The notes beneath the pieces are model-generated. The model was given only the letters and a program-made list of their open reading frames with translations, had not been told where the DNA came from and did no database searches. A stretch of DNA of 61,247 nt, counting the filler, from Ionaspis alba (taxonomy: Eukaryota), in NCBI GenBank assembly GCA_964255285.1. It is 4 parts of 4 records of this genome, joined end to end, with 100 filler letters (N's around TTAATTAATTAA, not from the genome) between each part and the next. Parts side by side here need not be neighbours in the genome. Positions count along the whole stretch, not along the records: positions 1 to 15,289 come from CAXUUL010000384.1; 3 more parts are not named here. One strand, written 5' to 3'. Position 1 is the first letter of the stretch. Every line of letters starts with the position of its first letter. Shown here piece after piece: positions 1 through 13,871 of the stretch. A program made the translations under genes and the position numbers.

Positions 1-1110
1 AAGGATGGGGTTGTGGAAGAGAAGAGTATAGTGAGGAAGCACCTACACAGCTGAATGATCTTATGTGCTAATTAGTTCTACTAGTTCACCAAACTCGAGG
101 GCTTTTTGGCAAACTACCTGGTCCGGAGAGGATATAGTGCGCAGATGCCCTCGAATCCATTTCAGGACTAGGGCAGCTCCTAGTCACCAAGGCAGCACGT
201 TGCATATAGTGGTCCTGTTTACAAGAGAGGGATTGGAGCCTTCGGAATATTCGCAAACACATACTATACAGGAAGACTTCCAACCTAACGCTGCGTAGAT
301 TCAACCACATCTCAAGACGCATCAAACAACCAATGGCATTGATGGACCTTTACGTTGACAATTTTCTCGAAGTCTCTTGACATAAGCCAAGCTTTTTGCC
401 GAGGCTAACGGGCGAGCTAATAAGCCGCTAAGAATAATCATGGCGTCACTCGGCGTCTCGGGGATTGGGATGACCGATTGCCCAGACATTGCTACAGCAC
501 ACAATCGACCTTGGTGGTATATGCCTGCGAGGGATGGAACAGGACGCGAGAGCCCGAATAACCGCTGCGAATGTCATAGAAGGCCACATAGTTCAGGTTG
601 TGCATTACTCCACAGTCGATCGCTATGATTAACGTGGCTGAGCAAGGTTCTCCAGCCTACTGTGCACCTCGTTTCAGATCTCGCTTCTTGTGTACATGGC
701 GTCCAATGGCTTTGTTTTGCCGGCATCGGCGTTTTGCATTTTACTTTCCGATGCTGTATCTATTCCTGCGCAGTCTTTTGATCCTTCAAATAGTTCGAAC
801 TCTCTAACTCTTCTTCATCTCGTGCTTATATGTCCATGATGAACACGTCGGACAATCATGACTTTCCAAACGGCTATCATGATTCCTTAGGTCTTGATGG
901 CTTGAACGGCAAAGACGGTGGTTATGTTAGTCTTTACGAACATAGTACCGATGATGTAGAAGGTCGAACGGCACAACATTCCGCACGGAGCATCCCTTCC
1001 AACAGTCTTCCAGCAATGAATAATGCCAATGATCCGAGAGCTGTTGCTTCAGAGATGGAAAATCTGACCGGACCCAATTTTGACGGCTCAGCGAGAAGCG
1101 GTCCGGGACG

Positions 1111-2956
1111 ATGAAAGACAAAAGATCAAGTTCGGTATGGACAGTCTCTGACTGGTGGCATCTTGAGCTCTTAGGGGCAGCCGTTGGCCTTGCTGCGTTG
1201 ATAAGTCTGATTGCGGTCCTGGTGTCCTTCGATTCCAAACCGATTCCTAGATGGCCCTGGCATATCACAGTAGGCCAGCTTCATGTACTCCGGGAATTTC
1301 GACTGATGTGAAATTAGCTCAACGCGATCATCGGAGCTCTTGCCACTGTCATGAAAGTCTTACTATCCATGATAGTTGCCGGAGCTATTAGCCAATACAA
1401 ATGGCTCTGGTTTTACAGCAAGAAGCCGCAGAAGCTGGAGGACTTTCAGAAGTTTGACGGTGCGAGCCAGGGCCCTTATGGTGCGGTGCAGTTACTCTTC
1501 ACTTTGCGGGGAAGGTAGGACATTCTATCGAAAATCTCGATTATTTCATGCTGACAGTTGATAATTGGCCAGGCATATAGCTTCCCTCGGTGCGATCATT
1601 ATGATAGCTGCCCTTGCTTTCGATGTTTTCGTTCAACAAATGGTCGAATACCCTTTGCGTAATATTGAAATCGGGGATGCGTCAATCGGTCGAGCCCAAT
1701 CCTATGAAGACCGAGCGAGTAAGGCACAACTGCACGTCATCTATTAACGAATGCATGCGACTGACACTTCAACAGCAAGGGAAACATTAGGAGTAAACCT
1801 TCCAGTCAAGGCAGCAATATTCAATGGAATCTTTGACGGAAGCAACGCTGCTCGGCAACCGCCTCTCTGTGCTACCGGAAACTGTACTTGGCCACTATTC
1901 TCCTCGCTCGCCTTCTGTAGCCAGTGTCAAGATGTCACCAAAGAGACAGTGAACAAATGCGGCGACTATCAAGAGAGTCTCCAACGAAGAAACTGCACAT
2001 GGACAACACCGTCAGGCATCGCAATAGACAACTACCTATGGGCAAAAAGCGCCAACGATTCCGGTGTAATCTACGATAGCGACACCATCGTCCGCTCCTC
2101 CGGCTCCTACGGTTCCGGTCGCTTAGACGCCACGGTCGCTGGCATCAAGACCCCCGTCGGAGCCTTAGCCATGCTCAACAACACGGCTGGTGCCAGTAGC
2201 ACTCCCGAAAACGCAACCTGGGCGGTCCAGGAATGCGCGCTCTACGTCTGCATCAACACCTACAACGTTACCATGCGATCCGGACAATTATCCTCAACCA
2301 TCGTGTCCTCCTGGACCAATTCCAGTGGCGCCATGGTACTGGGCAGAACCGCTCCTGGCACCAATGGCATCATCTCGAGCCCATTTCCTTGGCAACCGCC
2401 GGCGGAGTCGCTTGCACCAAACACGACGAATCGGACGTTTTCGATGCCTGGGCAGACGTATTTCTTCCTGGGTGCGTATCTGGATGCTTTTTTTAACGGC
2501 AGTCGAATCAATCACGAAACGCCGAGATGGGTTGGGTCAGATGGCTCTTCTCACGATGTCATTGAAGCTCTGAGTAAACAGCCGTTCGACGTGGCCGTAG
2601 CTAACGTCGCGGCATCCTTGACGGATTATATCCGCAGCGTCAGTCCTGCCACGGAGAAAGCGGTCGGTACAGCCTTCGGCACTGAGGCTTATGTGCGTGT
2701 GGCATGGGCCTGGCTCTCGCTGCCCGTTACTCTTGTGCTGTTGTCCTTTTTGTTCTTGGTGGCGGCGATTGTGCAGACGGCGGGACGGAAGGCGCCGGTT
2801 TGGAAGTCGTCGAGCTTGGCGGTTATGTTTCAGGGGTTGAGAGAGCTGCCGGAGGGGAGTCAGGGGAAGGTTAGTGGGATGGAGAGGTTGGCGGAGGGGA
2901 TGAGGGTGAGGTTGGAGAGGGATGGTGGTGGGGGTTGGAGGTTAGTGAGGAGTTGA
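1111..2956 (+). CDS. DUF3176-type fungal membrane protein (multi-exon)
   Basis: Spliced reading WWHLELLG..WPWHITLNAIIGALAT..QYKWLWF..DFQKFDGASQGPYGA..CATGNCTWPLFSSLAFCSQC..VRVAWAWLSLP..PVWKSSSLA; GT-AG introns near 1270-1317, 1515-1572, 1719-1775. True start may be upstream (see findings). Confidence 0.8.
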
Positions 2957-4853
2957 CGGATTCAGATACAGTCGCAAGATGGGATGTCTCGGTGTTGTGT
3001 ATGTTCTTGAATGTTGACGATTTTGAATGCATAAGAGCTCGCATATGTGAATGCTTCGGTTGTCGGATCTGTGGAAGTATCCAGGGTGCCTGAAGATAAG
3101 CATGTGGCAAGCGCCGCAATGAACGATCGGATTAGCTGTGGTACATGTAAGCAGCCCTAGCCTTTGGGACTCGCGAGCATAAATACAAATCGTCATGGGA
3201 CGAATGGAACAATCAGTAAGACTGGTACGGTGTCTCGATTATCCGACCAAGCCCAGGGAACCTTATGATACGTGGAAGGTAACGGAGCTGAGAGACGAGA
3301 AAGTCGAGCCCACAAATCGTGCCTCAGCTTCCTTCTTCTTCCGCAGGGCTAGAGTCGCGTTCCTGCCTTAGTGCGGTTGAGCTAAGCCTGTTCCTGTCAA
3401 GCGTTTAAGGTTGGCGGAATCCAAAGGTTCAGAGAGGCCGAGGAAGCCGCTGAACGAGGGTAAGCCATTCGACTGCGAGAATCATGACCAGAGGGAGACC
3501 TTCCTTCGCGTGTGCAACCGTCTCTGAACGATTGAAGGAATAGCCCCTGTGAAGGACACATCAACAACGGTTATACATAGATCGGCGTACCCAAAAGCGG
3601 TCATGGATGCTTGCTCGGTCCAGGTCGAGGTGGGCGGCAACGTGGATTCCGTGTTGACGATGACATGGATGGCACGAGTAGATAGTGGTTAGCCATGCCG
3701 TTCCATATCCCTGCTGATGACTCTGCTTCCCTTCTGGCGCTCCGAAAGATCTCCACCATGGGTCGTGTCAAAAGGAACGGCACTGGTGATCGGAGGTCCG
3801 GAAGACCCATAAAGAGAAAGCAAAAAGGGAGGGCATGTTGGTCAGAAATAGGAGACAATCCTGGTGTCAGCTCTAGTCTCACGCAGCTAGAATCGACGTG
3901 CCTGAAGGTTGGACTGTATTGGGACAACAGCTATTGTTGACGATGGGGTGGGCAGGCAACTCCACTTGAGCATCGGCCTTCTCTTACACCAGTGAGAAGG
4001 AGGACCGTTATGCAAGTGGAAGGATGGATTGCTTGCGAAGCCTCTTTCCCATGCGACGCTAAGCATGGACCTTGAAGGCTTTGCCGCGCCTAAAGCCCCA
4101 AAGTCCCTAAATCCTTCCCCCCCCTTCTCGTTCCTCTTTGCCCACCTTACCAGCAAGGTAACGCAGTAGTAGTGGGTGCTGGGCCCCCCGGGGGCAAAAA
4201 AAGAAGTGCAGCTCAGGGGTCCTTCAGCCGAGTGCGTAGTGTACAGTACATACATACAGTGCAGAGAGGCTAAGAGAGGCTAGAGCCACTCGCCAACATC
4301 GAACCACACCCCCCCCTTATTCCCTTTTCCCCTTCCCACCAATACCACCCTCTCACTCTTCTCCTTCTCCTCCTCCTCCTCCTCTCCTCCATCAGCCTTC
4401 GACCTCACCGTCGCCAGTTTTCTTTTACGGTCGTCAACTTCGTTGTTCGACTACTTACACTCCTTTACCCCATTGTTTTCCTTGTTGTGTTATCAGGCCC
4501 CTTCACGAACACCGTCACTCCTTTCGGGTTCATTACTTTCATTCGGCTTCGACACTTATTCCGCTTTACATTCTACGAAAACACTCCTTTTGACCACTTT
4601 GGTCTTTGCAGCTCGACAGCTACTCACGAGAACAATCCTCGGCATCCTTCAATACTGATTCAAGTTGACCATCGACGATTAATCGATTCGACTTCCAGCG
4701 GTTTCAGGAAGCAATCCGTGCCATCCCGGACATTAGCCTTGCCCGCTGGCTCAGAGATATTCAAGAACGATCTACCCAGGTCCTATTGACTTCAATCTGC
4801 CTTGAGCGAAGATTTATCTCTTCTCACCCGTCTAGGCATCGTGTCGGTGACGA

Positions 4854-6767
4854 ATGGCCAACATGGGTGCTTTGGAGCATATGGACTCCTCAACGCCCTC
4901 CCCCACGGCGTCAGCAACCAACGGCACCACCCCTGTCTCACGTCGACCTCCACGAAAGAGCACTTTAACACAACAACAAAAGAACCAGAAGCGTCAACGA
5001 GCCACTCAAGACCAGCTTTCACTCCTCGAGGTTGAATTCAACAAATCCCCAACACCTACCCAGCAAACCCGTGAGCAGATAGCCCAGCAGATCAACATGA
5101 CAGAACGCTCGGTTCAGATATGGTTTCAGAATAGGTTCGTATCGCAGTATGTTCATTGTAGTTTATGGATGACTGATTCAGGAAGTCGTAGGCGGGCTAA
5201 GATAAAGTTGCTTGCGAAGAAGAGCATCGAGTCTGGCGAGGACTGTGACGCGATTCCCGAGTCTTACCGGAACTACCTTGCACTACAAGCCATGGAATCT
5301 GGCAAACCGCTTGGAAGGAGTTTCATGCCACAGTCTGGTGGTCCAATGCCATTTGGCAGCGGAGGTATGATGATGGGGGGTGAGACTCACACTCCACAGA
5401 AAGTTGGTGAGTGTTGATAATTTGTATCCAGTGGTGATGCATGAAGCTTACACAAAACAGTTATCCACAACTTCCAATGTCGATCTTTGAGTATTGGGAC
5501 GTGGCGGAGGGTTGGTCAGAATGCTATGGACCTGGTCGTCTTCTATTCTTTGGGGGAAAAGCCCTGCCTCACATACTACATCAACAACGAATCGGCTGGT
5601 TACAAGATCGAATTTCCTTTCTCACACATCAAAAACATCACGCTCGACAACGGACAATCAGAAGATGGAACTTCAAGACCAGCCGGACTCGTCGTTGAAT
5701 TGAACCGACCACCAAACTTCTTCATGGACTCCTCTGGATCTGGAGGTTTCTACCAATGCGGCGATTTCACCGAAGATCAACAAGCGTCACAGATCATGGT
5801 TCATCACCTCGGAGGCGATCCAAGAATACTGAGTGGTCAACTTGCGAAGTTGACCGTGCTCGACGTCTTCCAGCACCGTCACAATCCCTACATAGACACC
5901 AGCGCCATCGCCGCCTCTGCGCCAGTTTCCCCAATAGGCCACCGACCCGCATCTCAGCCAAACGCCATGTCCCACCATCCTCAACTCAACGTGTTCCAAG
6001 AGCACGGCTTCGGCATGTCACTCCACCCTGGAGCACGAGGCCACAAGCGGACGCGAAGCAGATCCGTCCCGGCCATGATCGACTTCTCGATGCTTCACAA
6101 CCCCATGCCCTCCTTCCACGTCCAACACCCCTCAACAACCATAACCGACGCCAGCATCTTCGCCCCGACCCCTCAACACCACAACCACCTCGCACCAGCC
6201 GGCTCCAACCTACGAATCGACACCTCCACCGGCTACGGCCTGGACTTCCGCCAATACCCCATGTCCGCCGCGACCACCACCTCCCCCTCCGAATACGCCA
6301 GCCCCTCCTTCTTCTCCTCCTCCGCCACCCACATGGACCCCATCCCCGCCTCCCACTACACCACCAATAACAACAACAACAACTACAACCTTCCCTTCCT
6401 CTCCCCCATGGCCGAACACCCGCAAATGATCCAACCATCCGTCTCCCCCCTCTCAGCCCTCAGCCACGGCGACCCCGTCATAGCCGGTCACTCGCCCCCT
6501 TTGTCAAACATGCCTCGCAGCGCCTCTGCCGACTTCCTCACCATGTCCCACGAGCACTCCAATATGTCTGATGACGGGCTCATGCTCAGTGAAATGTACT
6601 CGAAGCAGAATCTCAATCTGCCTATGCATTCGCCCGGCGTCGACGACGCGAATTTGCAGCTGCATCTTCATGAGGAACCGAGCAGTGAGGAGATGGATAT
6701 GCAGGCTATGCTTTCGTTTGGGACGATCGATCCGTCGACTTTGAGTCCGGAGAATGCGGGGTTGTGA
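4854..6767 (+). CDS. Homeodomain transcription factor (Pho2/Pah1/Hoy1-like)
   Basis: [44 protein letters not shown] homeodomain; introns 5135-5191 and ~5408-5460; downstream [22 protein letters not shown] domain and a low-complexity tail. Confidence 0.9.
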
Positions 6768-7922
6768 GGGCGATGGGGAGGGGAGGGTGGTGGGATATAT
6801 ACCCGGATTGGTGTTCCGATCGATATGCTTTTTTGGTTGACCTTGTTTCTGGATGGCTATTTTTGGGAGTTTGCGGGGTCAATTGCGGCCAGTACATATA
6901 TACGTACATCTCGGTTTCAATTTGGGGCTTTGGGTATTTCTCGGGTGGCAAGGGGCTGGGTGGCGGATTAGGGGAATGGGGAAATTTTGGAGGGGAGATT
7001 GATACCCATTCCACACTCAGACTGTTACTCTTGCAAATGATCGGTTTTCCTTCTTCTTGCTTCTTCGAGCTCTCCTTTGTGAAGCATCATCAGCATCTCC
7101 CTGTTGTTGCGCCGAAACTTAATTCTTGTTGTGTCACCAGCGAGTGTGTCGTGTTTGTCGTTGCGGCTGTTGGTCGATTGGGTTTTGCCTGCTTGCTTGT
7201 GTGCTGTCTGGTACAGTGGATAGTGAGGGCTTGTCCTTCTGTTCTTCTACTTCTTTTACTACTTCTTCTGCTGTGTCTACTATCTTGTCAGAAACACAAC
7301 TGCTTGGCGATTTTGTGCTGTTTGCGGCTTTTGTTTCTTGTGGATTGTTGGGGTGGTTTTTGGTGGGTGTAAGTGAAGTGATGGAGGGTAGTTGCTGGGG
7401 ATGAACTGAAGGAGCTTTTTTGGAGAGGGGCAACTCTTCTGGATAATTAGAGTAGCCCGATGTTTGAAACGCTTGTTATGACTTAGGGATAAATCCAGAG
7501 ATTGATGCTTTTGAAATACATCTGTCCGTTCTTGCTTATGCTGAACCTGTTGGTCATGGATGCGTAGTGAGATCCTTTGGATGCATAGCTAAATGGAATG
7601 TCCTCTGTCAACCGTCTGGTATCCGCTACCGTAATCATCGCTAAGGATTTCTCCTTCATAACACTTAGATGCACAGTCAAAAGTTATCCAGACTTTTAAG
7701 GAGCTGCACGCGTGATTGGTCACACAGGGATAGGACATTTGCAAGATCTGCTCATCTACCTTCATCATGTCTATCTACCTGCTCAGCTACAAGATCTATC
7801 TTTTCTAGTCCGACTCCAATATCGAGCACACAAAAATCCCTTGCACTAGCCAATCACAAGCCCGAATCCACGCCAGCCCTTTGATATGCTCAACATGCTC
7901 TCCCTCCACTTCACACAGCCCA

Positions 7923-9684
7923 TCAATAAGCATAAAGCCTCCTCCCCTTCATCCCCTCATCCCCCCTCCTAATAGCCTTATTATCCCTCCAAACCAACGC
8001 CGCATACCCCGCCCCCGCCACCACGCCCACCGCCGTCACAGCAAGACAAATGGTATACCCCTTCGTATACTTCGGGGCATCGGCCGCCAAAAACGTAAAA
8101 GTGGCCACAATCCCCCCCGTATTCCCAAACCCAATCATCCACGCACTGCCAATACTCCGTTCCGCATGTCCCTGCAAATTCATCACATACCAGCAGACGA
8201 CGATCGGGCCGGCGGCGAAGGCGCCCATGGAGACGAGGTGGATGCCCAGGTATTGGACGGAGAAGAAGTTGTGGATGGAGATTAGCAGGGCGAGGCCGAT
8301 GAGGGTGAGGATTGTGCAGCCGAGGATGTAGGGCGAGCGGAGGCGGTGAAGGTCCGAGAGGTAGGCGACGATTATGCAGAGGACGAGGGCAGCGGCGACG
8401 GGGGGGACGGTGTGGAGTTGGGTTTGGACGGTGCTGTAGCCGAGGGCTTTGATTATTGTGGGGGCGAAGTAGGCGAAACCTGGGAAGGAGGAAGGTGTTA
8501 GCAATGTGGGCTGTTTGGAAAGGCGGAAGGACACTACGTACTGTAGATTGGTACGACGATGGCTGCGGATTAAGAAAGTTAGCATGGATATTCTAACGGC
8601 TGGAGCTGATGAGTAGAGGTCTTACCGAAGTACACGATTCCAGCTAGAATATTCTTAAAATCACTGAAAAACCTCAAAATATCCTTGGCTCCTATCTTCT
8701 GTATCCCCTCTTTATCTCTGCCCGTCCTCGTTATCACCCAGCCCCTCTCATCCTCCGTCAACCACTTCGCCTGTTCGGGGAAATCCGCTAGCGTGAAGTA
8801 TGCCACGACGCCAATGATGATCGTCAGGATGCCCTCGAGGATGAACACCCAGCGCCAATTGCTGTAACCGCCAACGCCGTCCATGTTGGCGATCGCGCTG
8901 GCGAAGAGACCTCCGAAGGCGCTGGCGATGAGCACCGAACACCAGTAGAAGGTGAAGCGTTTTTGGGCTTCTTCACGCTTGTACCAGAAGCTGATGAGGT
9001 AGAAACCTATTATTTCGGTTAGTGAGCTGGAGACGAGTTTGCTTGGTGCGGCGCTGAGATAAACATACTGCCTGGGAAAATTCCGGCTTCTGCAAGACCT
9101 AGGAGGAAGCGAGTTGCGAGGAGGCCGCCATAGCTTTGGACTGGATTTTGTTAATTGTGGGCTTGATATGAGGGAGATAGGGGTGCGCGTACCGAATCCT
9201 TGGGCGAGCATAACGACGCCGAACGCAAGAATGCAGCCAGACACTGTTCAGCCATTGTATCAGTAGAGCTTCTGATTCCACGGTCTTGGTAGCACGACTT
9301 ACGCCATATATGAGGTCGAAATCGTTTCAGAAGGATATTCGAAGGAATCTCAAAAAGCACGTAAGGGACGAAGAAGATTGTGAGCGCGACATTCGGCTGA
9401 GTTCCCGTAAGATGCAGGTCTCTGGGCAAGTTCATCGTGAGAGCATTCGATATATTGACACTACACCCTCATGAGCTACCGTCCTGCATAGCGAAAGCGA
9501 AGTTTGCTGCAACTCACCGGTCTAAAAAAGCTGCCACATAGACGATGAACAGCATCGGCATGATCCTCAAATCCATTCTCCGCACCAATCTCTTCTCGTT
9601 GACTGAAGCTGGACATTGCGCATGTGATTCCGCTTTCTCGACTCCGTTGACCTCGAGCGCGTCAGGTGTATTGGAGCCCGACAT
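7923..9684 (-). CDS. MFS transporter, allantoate/nicotinate permease (Dal5/Tna1-like) family
   Basis: EKRLVRRMDLRIMP..AFLDR, FFVPYVLFEIPSNILLKRFRP, SFWYKREEAQKR, WRWVFILEG, GFGNTGGI across several exons; ATG at 9682-9684. Confidence 0.9.
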
Positions 9685-11448
9685 TTTGTAGATGCCGTCT
9701 ACTGCGAGTTTCGTACACACGGTAGGAAGGATTCTCAGTTGGGTAGGACAAGAAGGAAAACCCACGTGGGAAAGGCAGGAAAGTCAAGGGAATGAAACGA
9801 ACTAGACAGTCTCCGCACGGGAAGCACCGAATGCACAAAGTGAAGCGGGCTGGATGATGCTGCCTGACTTATCTGCAAGTGCAGAGGCGGGACACGGGAG
9901 AGGAGAAATGTAAAGAAGTATGAGAAGAGCTGCTCTTTTGCATTCACTTGGTCGCACAGTTCAGTTCAAGGATTGAAATAGGATCGATGGGTACCAGGAA
10001 AAGGAACACAGGAGCGGAGGGGCTTTCGAGGGACACACTCAGGCGCTCAGTAGGAGGAGTTGCATCGCTTCTGCGAGGCACAGCATTGACAATAATAAAA
10101 GGAGATGGAGTGGGTGTGGAAGGAGTGGGATTGCGCGGGATGTAAGACTCATTTTTCCTTTCTCACTGTCCTCCGTCTTGTTTGTCTCTGGAAATTTATT
10201 TAAAGCCACTCGAGATGGGAAGATGGCTGCTTGCATGAGCGGTATCCTCGGTGTGAACGGGATGTGGTAGGTAACACAGAGATCAGTAATTACTGGGGGA
10301 CGTTTCTGACATATTTAGTGGCAGCGGTCTCCCGTCCCCCTTGGCTTGTTGACGTCTCTGGCTTCCGCGCGTCAGTGGCTCTCTAGAACCTCAAGTATCA
10401 AGGTCGCAACCAGTAGGAAAGGCCGGTTATTCTAGTTCCAGCATGCTCCCCTGGGATGGCGCGAGTAGCAGCAGCCGGCGACAAGCCATCGGCAGCATCA
10501 CCATCAAGGTTATTATTATGGCTCGCATGGCGACTTGCCCAACTGCAGCAGACCACGCATCCACTCGATTTGGTCATAGCAATCTAATCATGGCGCTTGC
10601 CCTCGAAACACGTCTTTTTGTAGATCTTTCACTAAATCTATGTCCGTCCCAGAGATACACGATTGAATCCGCGTGGATTCATGACGCCCGCCCACCTCCA
10701 TGGCTCCCGCTCCAATACCTCTTATGCCGCCCTTTTGCTTCTGCTCAGCACGGAGCGCTGTCGGACCGAGGAACAATTGGATCGCATCATGCACAAGTGT
10801 CGGCACAGACCGTTACAAGGTTGCAATGAGAATTGGAATCACGACGAATCAAGCTGGCGGCCGAAGGCTGCAGAAGCTACGGACTTTTCGTGACAACCTA
10901 TCATGTCCAGTGGCTGCAGAAAGCTCAGGTTACACTCTCCTTCCGTACTACCCTCCGAAAGTGCTTCCTTTCCCTTTCTTGATTCCTACCCGAGCTTATT
11001 CGATACCGTACTTTGTTCCTTTCCAGGTGCTTAGTGATAGCCTCGCCCAATTTCCGTTGATCGAGGTTCTTGCAGCTAAATGGCGTGGAAGCCAAACCCC
11101 CATGCGTTCACATGTATTGCTGCAGAAATGCAGGTTGGCACACCCCAAGCTGACATTCTACCTCATTTCTCCATCCTTTTTTCTCCATACCTAGGGCGGC
11201 ATACTGCTCATACCCCCCCCTCAGCCACGTTTCTTCTTCTGCTCACTTTCCCGTCTTTGGAGTTGCCGTGTCGATGGTGTTGATTAGATGTTTCGCATGA
11301 ACACCAGGCTAAGGGCTGCCAACACTAAATACATGTCATTGTCACTGGCTTTTCCGAGATCCGGGTTTCCCAGGATAGTTTGGATCGCCGCGAACTCGTC
11401 ACTTCAGCATTATCACTGTGGAGACTCTTCCGTCAGCACATCGTGATC

Positions 11449-12889
11449 ATGGCTACGGCCACTACTTCCTCACCTGTTCCTGCCCTCTCTGCTCCTCCAG
11501 GCGAAGTTTCCAACTTCGATAATCCTGAGACCTTGTGGAAGTGGTTTGTCCTTTGCCAAACAGCATGTCTCTCAATCGCCGGCACTATGTTCTTCTTGAG
11601 GGTGTATATAAGGATGTGGATAAAGCGAACCTGGATATTAGAGGATTGTAGGTCTTCCCGGATCACATACTGTGGGCCCACGGAAACTAACAGCACCTAG
11701 GGTTGTGCTGTGGTGCATTCGTAAGTCCTGATGTCTTTGTTCTCATGAAGTGCACAAAAATCTGACATCCGTCCAGGCAGGCTTGGCAGTATACTGTGGA
11801 CTCTTGACAACCATAATATCAAAGCATGGAGGTACTCATCAATGGAACGTAACCATGGACGACGTCAGAAGCATTCTATATGTATGTTGGTGGTCTTCAA
11901 CCAGATCGGCCCGACAAGCTGACTCACCCAATCTGCAGTTCAATAACATCATACAAATATGGTACGGCATAGCAGCCGCATGCACAAAGTGCGCCATTCT
12001 TGCACTTTATCTCCGAGTCTTCTCACCTCGTCGATGGAGCAAACTCGATATCGCCATCCGTGCCTTCATCGCCATCACTTGCCTCTTCTATCTTGGAATA
12101 AGCATTGCCAAGATCTGTCAATGCATTCCAAGAGCGCGGATATGGGACAAACGTGTGCCTGGCAATTGCGTCGACTTGGCCATATTACTGGACACCAGCG
12201 GTCTGTTCAACATCATCTCTGACGTGTGCATCTTGCTAGTGCCACTGAAGGGCGTCTGGAATCTACAAATGAGCCGACTGCGTAAGATCGGCATCTATTG
12301 CATCTTCACTGTGGGCATTGTGTAAGGTCTATGGTCCTTGCGAACGTTGGTACATAATCTAATACTGCTTCGCATTCTAGCGCTCCAATCTTCAGCATCA
12401 TCGGCTTCGTCATGCGCTTCCGCTTAACCGCAAACCCCGACCAATCATACAACCAAACCCTTCTCTTGCTATGGGCGTTTGTCTTCCCGAACCCCATCCA
12501 CAATCCCCACTCCCACACTAATACCTCTCAGCATGGCCGAACTCGCTACCGGCGTGATGATCATTTGCATGCCCACCCTCCCGGGTATTTTGCAGCACCG
12601 GAAAAAGAAACCTAGTCTAAGCATCATCAATGGCAGCGCCAAATCCCGCAGCCTGCGGTATGGACCCAGAGCCACGGAACAAGACGATATCGACGGCGAC
12701 TACTACCCACTGGAGGGCTGGCCTAAGGACTCGCGACTTCGACCGCCACAACATGCCGTTACGACTGATATTACGGGAGGGGATACGGAGGGAGGCAAAA
12801 AGAGCTTCGATTTTGGGTCAAAGGGCGAGGAAGCGATTCCGCCAGGGGGTATTGTTAAGATGGTGAAGATTGAGCAATCAAATGTGTAG
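11449..12889 (+). CDS. PTH11-like/rhodopsin-domain integral membrane protein (no CFEM domain seen)
   Basis: APPGEVSNFDNP, FFLRVYIR, HGGTHQWNV, KCAILALYLRVF, QCIPRARIWD..PGNC, NIISDVCILLVPL..VWNLQM, ELATGVMIICMPTLP; multiple short introns. Confidence 0.85.
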
Positions 12890-13472
12890 GATAATTCTCA
12901 CAAGGGCGTTGAAGATGGGTTCTCTTATTGTGAAGAACCTCACGTTATGGATGATACCTCTGGAGCATATTTGTGAAGCGCAAATAAACCGGGCAAATGC
13001 CGCATCCTTCTATGATCGTTCCCGTTCGGGAAGATGTACCATTCGAGCTTAAGACATTTCTTAATTCTTTCCGGTAAAGGAGATGAGATGTTGCATAGGC
13101 CAGAGCGAATACCATGCCATCTGCATCAAGCCTGTGTTGACTTGTACAATTGAAGATGAATCTGTTGCGGGTGGTCTCAATATCGGTTGGTGCTCTCCTG
13201 CCATGGTCGTTTCTGTCCGAACGTGTTGTGTCTTCCCGCGTCACGATCAAATAGTCTTTTGCACGAGCTACATGGTCATCAACACAAGACATCAATATTG
13301 GTAGTTTGAAACTTGAAATGTGTACTTCCCGGTGGCTGTTACGAACACCGCTGGGAAAAATGAAAATTATACCCAGCGTAATGAGTACAGTAATCTCTCG
13401 AGCACTGATAGGACTCTGAGCTTTCGCGATAATTCTGTTTCTCCTTACCGCCACGAAATACAAGTCAACCTC

Positions 13473-13871
13473 CTAGAAGTTCCCTAGCTGCGCCTTAAGA
13501 GACTGCCTTACGGTCCAGACTTCGTGAATGACCTTCTCTTTCTCCTGTCCCCAATGCATATCCAAGCTTCTGACCTGTTGAGCTAAGGCGTATCGGACAT
13601 GATTTTCAAGATCGAATCCATAATTCAGCATCGTGTGCATTAAGGACACCCATCTCCCTGCAAGTTTGACCTTCGCGAGGTTTTCAGGGTAGGTGGCCCT
13701 GGGGGTGTGGAGAGCAGGATCGATGTTAAGAGCGTAGTCTTCAAATACTTCGGTTGCGTAATAAAAGGCAAGGAGAGCTTCTGTCAGTTTCTCTGAGACA
13801 TAGGAGAGAGGTAGAGACTCGAGTATCAGTGGGAAATCATCACGAGCTTGAATTCGAATTGGTGCTGCCAT
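13473..13871 (-). CDS. Small hypothetical protein (~132 aa, helical-looking)
   Basis: Uninterrupted ORF from ATG (MAAPIRIQ..) with protein-like composition and TATATAA ~90 bp upstream; no recognised motif. Confidence 0.45.
   Translation of the reverse strand: MAAPIRIQARDDFPLILESLPLSYVSEKLTEALLAFYYATEVFEDYALNIDPALHTPRATYPENLAKVKLAGRWVSLMHTMLNYGFDLENHVRYALAQQVRSLDMHWGQEKEKVIHEVWTVRQSLKAQLGNF

Noticed and set aside
6764..7372. 202-aa hydrophobic Cys/Leu-rich ORF
   Set aside because: By-product of the G/T-rich 3' region of the homeobox gene; no family motif.
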